A stretch of 64,000 bases of DNA from Pirellulales bacterium (GTDB lineage: Bacteria; Planctomycetota; Planctomycetia; Pirellulales; UBA1268), in the NCBI GenBank assembly GCA_044236455.1, contig JBIIGJ010000005.1, positions 2,027-66,026 of the forward strand. Reading direction: 5' to 3'. The translations under genes were made by a program, and so were the position numbers. Positions 8,981 to 17,415 of this stretch are shown here, piece by piece (position 1 is the stretch's first letter; every line of letters starts with the position of its first letter). The notes beneath the pieces are model-generated. The model saw only the letters and a program-made list of their open reading frames with translations. It was not told where the DNA came from and ran no database searches.

Positions 8981-9109
8981 GCCGGCTGCGGCATGCTCGT
9001 CGCCGGCGGATTCCGCTACAGGATGCTCTTGGACGAATCGCGCATCGCTCGTGAGTCGCAGAATTCACCGGCTCCTGTGCGTGCCTCCGACCGGCTCCTC
9101 AGCATCGGG
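8981..9109. repeat. 129-bp intergenic direct repeat, copy 1
   Basis: Aligns with 9216-9344 with 6 mismatches by hand alignment. Confidence 0.85.
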
Positions 9110-9215
9110 AGTTTTATCCCCGCAGCACCAGGCCCGGAGGGCCGGGTAAGAACCAGCCGACGGATGTCGGCCAAGAAAAAATCGCACGATGCGATGTTTT
9201 TCGTGAACACACCTC

Positions 9216-9344
9216 GCCGGCTGCGGCATGCTCGTCGCTGGCGGATTCTGCTACGGGATGCTCTTGGACGAATCGCGCATCGCTCGTGAGTCGCAGAATT
9301 CACCAGCTCCTGCGCGTGCCTACGACCGGCTCCTCAGCATCGGG
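9216..9344. repeat. 129-bp intergenic direct repeat, copy 2
   Basis: See copy 1; the two copies start 235 bp apart. Confidence 0.85.
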
Positions 9345-9507
9345 CGCGTGGGGGCACGTTTTCAACTTGCCCGTGTTTCCGCTCCCTATGCTTCGGCCCG
9401 TTCGTGCCGCAGGCTCGGATCGACGGCTGCCGCGGCTTTGCTCGCGTCGAATCCATCGCCCAGGAATGCCGCGAGTCGCTGGGCAACCTGGTAGCACCGC
9501 TACCGCG

Positions 9508-9822
9508 TCAGCCAGCGTCGGCCAGAGAGCTGGTTCCACGGAGTGCCTCGTCGTACCGGCGAAAAGCCCGGACCTGTTGAATGCGGTCGCTCAGTGTTTC
9601 CTGCCAGGCCCTGGCGTCCACCTGCTGCCAATCTCCTGCCGCAACCCGTGCCGCCCGAACAGTCACGAACAGCTCGTCGGCTACTGCCACGCGTTCCGCG
9701 GGTAAGAGGCCATGGACCCACGCAGCGTCACTGGCCCGCACTTTTTCACCGCAGAGCTGTTCGAACAACTGCCAACGGTGCGTGGGTGCCAACGGCTCGG
9801 TAGGGTTGTCATCCACGGTCAT
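9508..9822 (-). CDS. hypothetical small protein (104 aa), possibly translated from a leaderless mRNA
   Basis: ATG at 9822 is preceded on the minus strand by TATACT (9834-9829) with a 6-nt gap. No Shine-Dalgarno sequence and no recognisable domain. Confidence 0.35.
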   Translation of the reverse strand: MTVDDNPTEPLAPTHRWQLFEQLCGEKVRASDAAWVHGLLPAERVAVADELFVTVRAARVAAGDWQQVDARAWQETLSDRIQQVRAFRRYDEALRGTSSLADAG

Positions 9823-9882
9823 ACTAAAAGTATACGTCAGGGGGCCGAAGGAAGGCCGCGTGAAACAGACGTGAAAAAGGAT

Positions 9883-9931
9883 GGACGAAAGCGATTTTCG
9901 CTGCAAAACGACAGAAATTCGCTCCCGTCCC
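9883..9931 (-). terminator. intrinsic-terminator-like hairpin downstream of tRNA-Pro; member of the GGGACGGGAGCGA element family
   Basis: On the minus strand GGACGGGAGCGAAUUU pairs with AAAAUCGCUUUCGUCC (13 of 16 positions) and is followed by AUCCUUUUUC. It shares a 13-nt core with the element at 35186-35288. Confidence 0.5.
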
Positions 9932-9952
9932 CAATTTCCAACAATTTCCAAA

Positions 9953-10025
9953 TCGGGGCGGAGAGATTCGAACTCTCGACCTCCTGGTCCCAAACCAGGC
10001 GCGCTGCCAACTGCGCTACGCCCCG
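9953..10025 (-). tRNA. tRNA-Pro (anticodon UGG)
   Basis: Hand-folded 73-nt cloverleaf. Acceptor CGGGGCG/CGCCCCG, D stem GCGC/GCGC, anticodon stem CCUGG/CCAGG with loop UUUGGGA. T arm GAGAG-UUCGAAU-CUCUC, discriminator A. CCA is not encoded. Confidence 0.9.
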
Positions 10026-10085
10026 ATGGCGGGCCCGCGCATGGCGGGACTGCGACCAGAGAGTCTACCGCATCGGCGGCCGGAG

Positions 10086-11153
10086 TCACTCCGCCAAATG
10101 CTCGAAGAGCCTCTGGAATTCGTCGAGATTGGCAAACGGGATCACGATTCGGCCTGCTCCCTTGCCGTTGGCGTGCACCACCACTTTCACGCCCAAGGCC
10201 CGCCGCAGGTCGTTTTCCACGGCCACGGTCTGGCTCGAACGCTTCGTGGCTGGGCGGCCCGGCTTTCGCTTTACCGCCGTTCCAGCGGTCGTGGCAGTGC
10301 CTCCGCCACGCGGCTGATCGCCGTCCTCGTCGTCCAGTCCGCCCTCGTCGCCCCGTTCGTCACCCAGGTCATCAGCCCGGAGGATCTCGGCCACCTCCGC
10401 TTCGATCGCACGGACGGAGAGCCCGTCGGACGCGATCCGGTCGGCGAGCCGGGCCTGCTCCTCCTCATCACCCAGCGGCAGAAGGGCCCGCGCATGTCCC
10501 ATCGAGATCGCCCCCGATCGCAGACGCTTCTGCACCGCCTCCGGCAGCTCGAGCAGACGGATCAGGTTGGCCACCGTGGAGCGGTCGATCGAGAGCCGCT
10601 TGGCGAGTTCGTCCTGTGTGCCGCCCCAGGCGGCGAGGTAGTGCTTGAAGCTCGCTGCCTTCTCCAGCGGGTCGAGGTCGCGTCGCTGCAGGTTCTCGAC
10701 GATGGCGATCTCCGACATCTGCCGGTCGTCGACCTCGAGCACCCGCACGGGCACCTTGCCCCAGCCCAGCCGCCGCGCGGCGAAGAGCCGACGTTGGCCC
10801 GCGATCAACTGATAGCGTTCGCCGTGCGCACGCACCACGATCGGCTGCACGAGCCCGTGCTCCCGCAGGCTGTTGGCCAGCTCCACCAGATCGGTGTCGT
10901 TGACGATGCTCCGCGGCTGCCACGGGTTGGGATCGATGAGGCCCTCGGCGATCTCGTTGGTGGGGAGCGACGCGGCGGCCTGTTCCAGCTCCTCGGGCTT
11001 GTGGAGGATCAGCCGGGCGGCCCCGGAGCCGAGCTCCTGGCGGGCGGGCTGTGTGGCCACGGCCGCGCTGCCGTGCGTCGCTGGCGCGGGATCGATTCCG
11101 GCCCGACCCAGCAGCGCCTCCAGCCCACGGCCCAAGCGTCGTTCCTTACTCAC
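10086..11153 (-). CDS. parB: chromosome partitioning protein ParB/Spo0J
   Basis: N-terminus SKERRLGRGLEALL, a Box II-like LIAGQRRLFAA and VENLQRRDL, then the HTH region STVANLIRLL.LP. A GTG start at 11153 overlaps the parA stop (GTGAGTAA). Confidence 0.9.
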   Translation of the reverse strand: MSKERRLGRGLEALLGRAGIDPAPATHGSAAVATQPARQELGSGAARLILHKPEELEQAAASLPTNEIAEGLIDPNPWQPRSIVNDTDLVELANSLREHGLVQPIVVRAHGERYQLIAGQRRLFAARRLGWGKVPVRVLEVDDRQMSEIAIVENLQRRDLDPLEKAASFKHYLAAWGGTQDELAKRLSIDRSTVANLIRLLELPEAVQKRLRSGAISMGHARALLPLGDEEEQARLADRIASDGLSVRAIEAEVAEILRADDLGDERGDEGGLDDEDGDQPRGGGTATTAGTAVKRKPGRPATKRSSQTVAVENDLRRALGVKVVVHANGKGAGRIVIPFANLDEFQRLFEHLAE

Positions 11154-11925
11154 AGTCGCGTACCTCCATGCACAGTTCTGTATAGGCCCGCGCTCCTCGT
11201 GAGCGCGGTGCGTAATCGAGCACACTCTGCGCGTGGCTGGGCGCCTCCGAGACGGCCACGTCGCGCGGGATCACCGTCTCGAAGACGATCTCCCCAAAAA
11301 AATCCCTGACCTCGGCCTCGACCTCCGCCGTCAGTTCGAGCGCGGCGTCGTGCATCGTGAGCACGATCCCGCTGAACCGCAGCCGGCCCGGTCGCTCGGC
11401 CATCACGTCGCGGATCACCTCGATCATCTGGGTGAGTCCTTCGAGCGCGAAGTATTCGCATTGAATGGGCATCAGCACCTCGGTGCTCCCGGCCAGCGCC
11501 GTCCGCGTCAGTTCGCCGACACTCGGCGGACAGTCGATCAGGCAATAGTCCCAGGCATTGAGCCCGCGGGCGAGATGATTTTCGAGGACCATCGATCCAC
11601 TCCGGGCCTCGGCCGCGATCCGCTCGACATCGCGGACACTGCGGCTTCCGGGGATGATGGAGAGATTGGGAATGCCCGTCTCGACGACGGCCTCGGAGAG
11701 CGGGGCCTCCGACACGAGCGGGTGCGCCAAAGCAGGCGTGGCGCCGAAGCCGGTGGTGGCGTTGCACTGCGGGTCGAGATCAAGCAGGAGCGTGCGGAGG
11801 CCGGCTCGGGCCAGACCGGCCGCGAGGTTCGAGGCGGTCGTCGTCTTGCCCACCCCGCCCTTCTGGTTGGCCACGCAGAGAATCCTTCCCACACGCACAT
11901 CCCTTCCAAACGCCAACGCACGCAC
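11146..11925 (-). CDS. parA: ParA/Soj-type partition ATPase
   Basis: Deviant Walker A motif ANQKGGVGKTTT. Typical ParA length, sitting directly upstream of parB. Confidence 0.9.
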   Translation of the reverse strand: MRALAFGRDVRVGRILCVANQKGGVGKTTTASNLAAGLARAGLRTLLLDLDPQCNATTGFGATPALAHPLVSEAPLSEAVVETGIPNLSIIPGSRSVRDVERIAAEARSGSMVLENHLARGLNAWDYCLIDCPPSVGELTRTALAGSTEVLMPIQCEYFALEGLTQMIEVIRDVMAERPGRLRFSGIVLTMHDAALELTAEVEAEVRDFFGEIVFETVIPRDVAVSEAPSHAQSVLDYAPRSRGARAYTELCMEVRDCE

Positions 11926-11972
11926 AACGCGTGCCCACGGAATATCGGCAGCAACCGGCCCCGCATGGACGT

Positions 11973-11988
11973 GGTTTCACGTGAAACC
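11973..11988. promoter_or_regulatory. parS: parS site (perfect 16-bp palindrome GGTTTCACGTGAAACC)
   Basis: The inner 14 nt match the canonical parS tGTTNCACGTGAAACa. It lies 48 nt upstream of the parA start. Confidence 0.8.
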
Positions 11989-12018
11989 GCCCTCATTGCC
12001 CAGCCTTCGCAGCTTGCC

Positions 12019-12034
12019 GGTTTCACGTGAAACC
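12019..12034. promoter_or_regulatory. parS: parS site, second identical copy
   Basis: Same 16-mer, starting 46 bp after the first copy. Confidence 0.8.
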
Positions 12035-12080
12035 TGTGCGGCTTGGGTGGCGGTGGCCGGGACCGGTTCGGGGCAGCCCC

Positions 12081-13403
12081 TCAGACCAGCGGGTTGAAAA
12101 CCAGACCGCTGGCGAGCTTGGGATAGAAGTAGGTGCTCTTGGCCGGCATGCGTTCGCCGGTCTCGCTCACCAGACGGATGTCCTCCACCGTGGCCGGCAT
12201 GACGAGGGCGGCGAACGGATAACGGCCGCTCCCCAGGCCCTCCACAACCTCCCGCACAAGGTGCACGTAGCCGGGGGTGGGAATCTCCTTGGCTCCCAGC
12301 AGGTCGCCGATCACGAGACGGTGCAGGATCGACACGCCGAGGCTCCGCCAGGCGGCCCCATGGTCGCCCGCCACCTGCTCCATCCGGGCCCGGCCCGCCG
12401 GGGTGATCCGGGCCAGCGTCCAGGCCTGATCGCCGGCCGTGTAGAGGCCCAGCGTGCCCTGGCTATTTTCCGACTCGACTTCGAGCCAGACGTTGTCGGC
12501 CTCGGCCGGGCCCGTGCCCGCCGGTTCGACCGTGAAGCAGTCGCCCAGCCGGGCGGCGAGGTCAGCCGCCGTGGCCACGGACGGCTGCGTGAAAAGCCGG
12601 TGCGTGGGGAGCACGACCAGACCCGGATCGCTCATGCCCACAAGCATCATCAGGACAAAGTTGGCCGGGTGGTCGGAGGGCAGCGGATCGCCCCCGTGCT
12701 CCTCGGCATACTCCCGGGCCACCTCGTCGCGGTAGTTGCAGGCGGTCTCATAGCGGTGGTGTCCGTCGGCGATGAAGACCGGCTTCGGCCCCATCAGGCC
12801 CGCCACCCGGGCGGCGACCGACTCATTCGTCATGGGCCACATCCAACTCCGCACGCCGAGGTGGTCGGTCGCCTCGACGGGCGGCTGGCCGGCCACGGAG
12901 GCGTCGAGCAGATCCTGCACCTCACCCTCTGGATCAGGGTAGAGCCCGAAGACCTGGCTGAGGTTGGCCCGGCAGGCCCGTGTGAGCAGCAGGCGGTCCT
13001 GCTTGGGGCCCGACATCGTCTCCTCATGGGGGTGGATGTTGCCGGTGCCGAAGCGTTCGAGCCGCACCCGGGCCATCACGCCACGGCGGACGTGTCTGCG
13101 TCCCTCGACCTCGAACTCCTGGTGGTAGACGTAGAGGGCCGCCGCGGACTCCTGCATGAGCACGCCCTGCTCCCGCCACGTTTTCAGAAACTTCGCGGCC
13201 CGGGTGTATCGGTTCGCCTGGGCATCATCCCCCGGCTCCTCGCGGTTGAGTTCGAGCCGGACCACGTTGGCGGGGTGCTGCTCGTAGAGACGCGTTTGCA
13301 GCGAGGCGTCGATGACGTCGTAGGGCGGGGCGATCACCTGCGAGAGGGCGCCGACGTGCTTGGGGTCGTAGCGGAGGCCGCGGAGGGGGGCGACGGAGGG
13401 CAT
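12081..13403 (-). CDS. DUF1015 family protein
   Basis: The start is taken at MPSVAPLRGLRYD. The VIAPPYDVID motif near the N-terminus and the ~440-aa length fit my recollection of DUF1015. Confidence 0.75.
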   Translation of the reverse strand: MPSVAPLRGLRYDPKHVGALSQVIAPPYDVIDASLQTRLYEQHPANVVRLELNREEPGDDAQANRYTRAAKFLKTWREQGVLMQESAAALYVYHQEFEVEGRRHVRRGVMARVRLERFGTGNIHPHEETMSGPKQDRLLLTRACRANLSQVFGLYPDPEGEVQDLLDASVAGQPPVEATDHLGVRSWMWPMTNESVAARVAGLMGPKPVFIADGHHRYETACNYRDEVAREYAEEHGGDPLPSDHPANFVLMMLVGMSDPGLVVLPTHRLFTQPSVATAADLAARLGDCFTVEPAGTGPAEADNVWLEVESENSQGTLGLYTAGDQAWTLARITPAGRARMEQVAGDHGAAWRSLGVSILHRLVIGDLLGAKEIPTPGYVHLVREVVEGLGSGRYPFAALVMPATVEDIRLVSETGERMPAKSTYFYPKLASGLVFNPLV

Positions 13404-13487
13404 GCTTTTTTGTGCGTCAGAGGAGGGAAGGTGCGGAACGGAAAAGCGTAGCACACGCGATCGCGCGTTCCCAAAGAAGCCCGCGAT

Positions 13488-13503
13488 GTTTCCACGTGAA
13501 ACA
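13488..13503. promoter_or_regulatory. degenerate parS-like site
   Basis: GTTTCCACGTGAAACA matches the parS consensus at 14 of 16 positions, with a perfect right half. It lies between the ahcY terminator and the DUF1015 start. Confidence 0.4.
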
Positions 13504-13510
13504 CCGGCAG

Positions 13511-13551
13511 CACAAAACAAAAGCGGGGGCGTCGCATCGCGACGCCCCCGC
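13511..13551 (-). terminator. rho-independent terminator of ahcY
   Basis: Perfect 13-bp stem gcgggggcgtcgc(13523-13535)/gcgacgcccccgc(13539-13551). On the minus strand it is followed by TTTTGTTTTGTG. Confidence 0.7.
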
Positions 13552-13588
13552 CCGTGAATCGAGCCGAGCCGGTTGAACCCAGCCGGTC

Positions 13589-14902
13589 TTAGTACCGGTA
13601 GTATTCGGGCTTGAAGGGGCCCTCGACCGGCACGTGCAGATACTCGGCCTGGGCGGGGGTGAGCTTGGTCAGCTTCACGCCCAGTTTGTCGAGGTGCAGG
13701 CGGGCCACCTCCTCGTCGAGCTTCTTGGGCAGCAGGTGGACGCCGATGTCGTACTTATCGGTTTCCGTCCAGAGGGCTATCTGGGCGAGCACCTGGTTGG
13801 TGAAGCTCGTGCTCATCACGAACGACGGGTGGCCGGTGGCACAACCGAGGTTCACGAGCCGGCCCTCGGCCAGCACGAGCACCGAGTTGCCGCTCGGCAG
13901 CGTGTAGCGGTCGACCTGGGGCTTGATCTCGACCTTTTTCACGCCCTTCGTGTTTTCCAGCCAGGCCACGTCGATCTCGAGGTCGAAGTGCCCGATGTTG
14001 CAGATGATGGCGTCATTCGGCATCTGCTGGATGTGCTTTCCGAGGATCACGTCGCGGCAGCCGGTGGCCGTCACAAAGATCTGGCCGCGGGAGGCAGCCT
14101 CTTCCATGGTCGTGACCTCGTAGCCCTCCATCGCGGCCTGCAGGGCGTTGATGGGATCGACCTCGGTGACGATCACGCGGGCGCCGAGCGCCTTCATGGC
14201 GTGGGCACAGCCCTTGCCGACGTCGCCGTAGCCGCAGACCACCACCACCTTGCCGGCCACCATCACGTCGGTGGCCCGCTTGATGCCGTCGGCGAGGCTC
14301 TCGCGGCAGCCGTAGAGGTTGTCAAACTTGCTCTTCGTGCAGGAGTCGTTGATGTTGATCGCCGGGAGCTTCAGCTCGCCGTTCTCATGCATCTGGTAGA
14401 GCCGGTGCACGCCCGTGGTCGTCTCCTCGGAGAGGCCGCGGATGCCGCCGATCAATTCCGGATACTTGGTGTGCACCATCGAGGTGAGGTCGCCACCGTC
14501 GTCGAGGATCATGTTGAGCGGCTCGCCGTCGGGGAAGAACAGCGTCTGCTCGATGCACCAGTCGAACTCCTCGTTGGTCATGCCCTTCCAGGCGTAGACC
14601 GGGAAGCCGGCCTTGGCGATGGCGGCGGCGGCGTGGTCCTGCGTGGAGAAGATGTTGCAGCTGCTCCAGGTCACTTCCGCGCCGAGTTCCTTCAGAGTCT
14701 CGATAAGGACGGCCGTCTGGATCGTCATGTGCAGGCAGCCAGCAATCCGCGCACCGGCGAGGGGCTTCGAGCGACCGTACTTCTGCCGCAGCGCCATCAG
14801 GCCGGGCATTTCGTTCTCGGCCAGCATGATCTCCTTGCGGCCCCAATCGGCCAGCGACAGATCGGCGACTTTGTACGGCAGGCGGGTTTCGACTTGCGAC
14901 AC
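13589..14902 (-). CDS. ahcY: adenosylhomocysteinase
   Basis: [16 protein letters not shown], the NAD-binding GYGDVGKG, and a C-terminal ...[14 protein letters not shown] start at 14902 has AGGAG 8 nt upstream. Confidence 0.9.
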   Translation of the reverse strand: MSQVETRLPYKVADLSLADWGRKEIMLAENEMPGLMALRQKYGRSKPLAGARIAGCLHMTIQTAVLIETLKELGAEVTWSSCNIFSTQDHAAAAIAKAGFPVYAWKGMTNEEFDWCIEQTLFFPDGEPLNMILDDGGDLTSMVHTKYPELIGGIRGLSEETTTGVHRLYQMHENGELKLPAININDSCTKSKFDNLYGCRESLADGIKRATDVMVAGKVVVVCGYGDVGKGCAHAMKALGARVIVTEVDPINALQAAMEGYEVTTMEEAASRGQIFVTATGCRDVILGKHIQQMPNDAIICNIGHFDLEIDVAWLENTKGVKKVEIKPQVDRYTLPSGNSVLVLAEGRLVNLGCATGHPSFVMSTSFTNQVLAQIALWTETDKYDIGVHLLPKKLDEEVARLHLDKLGVKLTKLTPAQAEYLHVPVEGPFKPEYYRY

Positions 14903-14981
14903 GGGAAAGGCTCCTGGAACGGGTGAAAAGAATGTTCGCGATTGCCTCATGGTAGCCGGCCGGCAGAAATCGCAAAGGGAT

Positions 14982-15713
14982 CTATCGCGTTGCTTTCAGG
15001 GCTCGGCGGGCGGCGGTCACGAAGGCCAGGACTTTTCGGGGGTCTTTTTGTCCCGGCGAAGCTTCCACACCGCTGGCGGTATCCACGGCCTGGAGTCCCG
15101 TGATCCGGATCGCCTCGGCGACGTTTTCCGGGGTGAGTCCGCCCGCGACGGCCATCGGCACTGGCAGCGAGCCGGCCCGGGCCAGCGCCGTCCAGTCGAC
15201 CAGCTCCCCGGTGCCACCGAGCTGCCCCGGGGCGGTGCCACGTGAAACGGCGGCGTCGACGATCACCATCGCGGGGACGGCCCCCGCGGCGGCGGCGGCT
15301 GCGATCCACCGCCGAGCGGCCTCAAGGCCGTCGGCGCCGGGCCGCGAGGCATCGAGACGCACGGCCCTGATCACCGGCAGGCCGGCGAGTTCACGGCAGC
15401 GTTCCGGGGGGTCGATCGGTGCCTGCACGCCATCGAGGTGGCCGTGCAGCTGGATGGCGTCGAGGGCGAGCTCGCGAGCGATGCGCCGGACCTCGTCGGC
15501 GGCGGTGCCGGCGAAGACGCCCACCCTGATCACGCCCGCCGGAATGGCGGCGGCAACCTCGCGGCCGCGGGCCAGGTCGAGGTGACGGGGCGAGCCCTCG
15601 ACGAAGTTGAGGCCGATGGCGTCGGCGCCCGCCGCGGCGACCATCTCTGCGTCGGCGGCCGTGGTCACCCCGCAAATCTTCACATGGAACACGCGATCAC
15701 CTCCGGGCGTCAT
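14982..15713 (-). CDS. trpF: phosphoribosylanthranilate isomerase
   Basis: VKICGVTT...GADAIGLNF, then LDAIQLHG and a C-terminal GVE..PG.KD. No other trp genes are nearby. Start uncertain (15713 or 15752). Confidence 0.8.
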   Translation of the reverse strand: MTPGGDRVFHVKICGVTTAADAEMVAAAGADAIGLNFVEGSPRHLDLARGREVAAAIPAGVIRVGVFAGTAADEVRRIARELALDAIQLHGHLDGVQAPIDPPERCRELAGLPVIRAVRLDASRPGADGLEAARRWIAAAAAAGAVPAMVIVDAAVSRGTAPGQLGGTGELVDWTALARAGSLPVPMAVAGGLTPENVAEAIRITGLQAVDTASGVEASPGQKDPRKVLAFVTAARRALKATR

Positions 15714-15895
15714 ATCCCGCGCCACCGGTCTTGGTCGGGCCTGTTTCTCCACATGGGAAAGTCTACGGGCCCGGAGGACGGTGCAGGAAGGCGTGGCCGT
15801 TGGTCGAAATCAGATGGGTCGGAAGTTGCGAACGCCACCTCTGGATACCTCACCCCGTGCATCAACCCCGTCGGCACCCCTCCACCCGTCCCTTC

Positions 15896-17404
15896 ATGGC
15901 CGTTCCGCGGACGCAGTTCTATCACCCGGGCCGGGTGATCGATGCGGCGTTGCACGGGATCGATCGCGCGATCCGGCGTGCGGAGGGAATCTCGCTCGTG
16001 GTCGGGCCGCCGGGCACGGGCAAGTCGTTGCTGCTGGCGAAGGTGGCTGAGAGCGTGGCGGAGGACTTCAAGGTGGCCCTCCTCTCCGGCGCGAGGATCT
16101 GCACGCGGCGGGCGCTGTGGCAGTCGATCCTCGCCGACCTGGGGCAGCCCTACCGCGGGATCGATGAAGCCGAATTGCGGATCGCCGTGGCGGAGCTGGT
16201 GCGGCGGCTGGCCACCGCCGGTTCGGGGCTCGTGATCCTGGTGGACGAGGCCCACACCCTCCCGCTGCGGCTCGTCGAGGAGTTGCGACTGCTGGCGAAC
16301 ATGCCCACGCCGCTGCCGGCGGTCCACCTCGTGCTGGCCGGGCCGTCGGCCCTCGAGGAGCGACTGGGTTCCCCCAAGATGGAGAGCTTTGCGCAACGGA
16401 TCGCGGTGCGGTCGTATCTCGAGCCGCTCGATCACGCGGAGACCGTCGCCTACCTGCGGACGCAGACCAAGGCCGCCGGCCTCGAATGGGACAAATGCTT
16501 CGATCGCGGTTGTGATGACGCCGTCTACACCGCTGCCGACGGCGTGCCGCGACTGATGAACCAGATCTGTGATCAGGCCCTTGTGCTGCTGGCGGATGCC
16601 GGTCGGCGGGTGAAACCCTCCGACATCGCCGTGGCCTGGCAGGAGATCCAGCGGCTGCCGGCGCCGGCGTTGCTCGGCCAGATGATCGATCGCGAGCCGC
16701 AGCAGGATTTCGCCGCGATCGACACGGTCGCCGAGGGCTGTGCGGCAAACGGCGCGGCCGAGAGTGGCGCGGACGGCGAGTTCGACGGTTTTCCGGACGG
16801 GTACTCGGTCCATGAGCACGGAGTCGACAGCGGCGTGGGAGTGATCGAATTTGGCCCGCTCGACGACGAGTCTGACGATGCCATGACGCGGCCGTTTACC
16901 GACATCGCCGAACTCGTCGGCCGAGCCGGCCACGAACAGCCTGCCGCCGGCCGGGCGGACCCCTGGCAGGGGCCTGACGTGGAGTTCGTGTTCGAGGCCT
17001 CGGCCGATCCATTTCAGGAATTTTTCGCGCAGGAGGAGCGGGTCGTGGAGCGCTATCTTGTGCAGTCGCCCAACGACTTCAGCCACCGAAAGCATGTGGC
17101 GAGCTGCGAGGGATCGGCGCTCGTGCGGCAGTTGGCGGAACTGGACGACCGCCTGCTGACGAGGGACTCAGGCACCAACGGCGGGCGGAAGGAAGGCGGA
17201 ACGGCCGCTCCAACAGGCAACCGCAAGGAGCCACCGGTCGAGCACGGTCCTCTTGCCACGACGGCTGCCGCCGAGGTGGACGATGCTGACATGGTCGTGA
17301 TCGAGGAGGATCTGCTGGCGCAGCCAGGCGGTCGGCCGGTGGTCGCGGCCGTGCGGTTGGGTGACTACCGGCGGCTGTTCGCACGGCTGCGACGGGGCGG
17401 CTAA
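15896..17404 (+). CDS. ExeA-like AAA+ ATPase with a long acidic, probably disordered C-terminal tail
   Basis: Walker A VVGPPGTGKS and Walker B LVILVDEAH, with an ExeA/GspA-like N-terminal half. The start is taken at MAVPRTQFYH. Confidence 0.65.
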   Translation: MAVPRTQFYHPGRVIDAALHGIDRAIRRAEGISLVVGPPGTGKSLLLAKVAESVAEDFKVALLSGARICTRRALWQSILADLGQPYRGIDEAELRIAVAELVRRLATAGSGLVILVDEAHTLPLRLVEELRLLANMPTPLPAVHLVLAGPSALEERLGSPKMESFAQRIAVRSYLEPLDHAETVAYLRTQTKAAGLEWDKCFDRGCDDAVYTAADGVPRLMNQICDQALVLLADAGRRVKPSDIAVAWQEIQRLPAPALLGQMIDREPQQDFAAIDTVAEGCAANGAAESGADGEFDGFPDGYSVHEHGVDSGVGVIEFGPLDDESDDAMTRPFTDIAELVGRAGHEQPAAGRADPWQGPDVEFVFEASADPFQEFFAQEERVVERYLVQSPNDFSHRKHVASCEGSALVRQLAELDDRLLTRDSGTNGGRKEGGTAAPTGNRKEPPVEHGPLATTAAAEVDDADMVVIEEDLLAQPGGRPVVAAVRLGDYRRLFARLRRGG

Positions 17405-17415
17405 CCTGTCTGTCC

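Noticed and set aside
8993-9494. ORFs 8993..9289 and 9228..9494 as a duplicated small protein gene (MLVAGGF…LLSIG).
   Set aside because: They exist only because they span the 129-bp DNA repeat. Differences between the copies are mostly amino-acid-changing (4 of 6). There is no Shine-Dalgarno or promoter context and no domain.
9862-9880. CGTGAAAC and CGTGAAAA strings near tRNA-Pro as parS sites.
   Set aside because: Only half-sites are present, with no palindromic partner.
9823-10085. The tRNA-Pro neighbourhood as an integration site of a mobile element.
   Set aside because: There is no integrase, no direct repeat of the tRNA 3' end, and no cargo genes. The flanking genes are parB and a small ORF.
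9508-10089. The 193-aa minus-strand ORF spanning the tRNA region.
   Set aside because: Its N-terminal part is the translation of tRNA-Pro and the terminator element. Only the distal 104 codons (9508-9822) are kept, as a low-confidence CDS.
12027-13451. The 474-aa plus-strand ORF opposite the DUF1015 gene. Other long antisense ORFs of the same kind are 6979..8442, 15710..17095, 18214..19911, 20100..21617, 24784..26145, 28116..29045, 31908..33659 and 41125..42588.
   Set aside because: Their translations are Arg/Gly/Pro/His-rich with no motifs. Each lies fully antisense to a gene with clear family signatures. Such stop-free antisense frames are typical of high-GC DNA.
14903-14981. An SAH riboswitch or other leader upstream of ahcY.
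   Set aside because: The 79-nt spacer contains only one imperfect hairpin (arms 14937-14943 and 14968-14974) followed by a U-rich run on the minus strand. That fits a trpF terminator better. I could not find the conserved SAH-element segments. This is not excluded without a covariance-model search.
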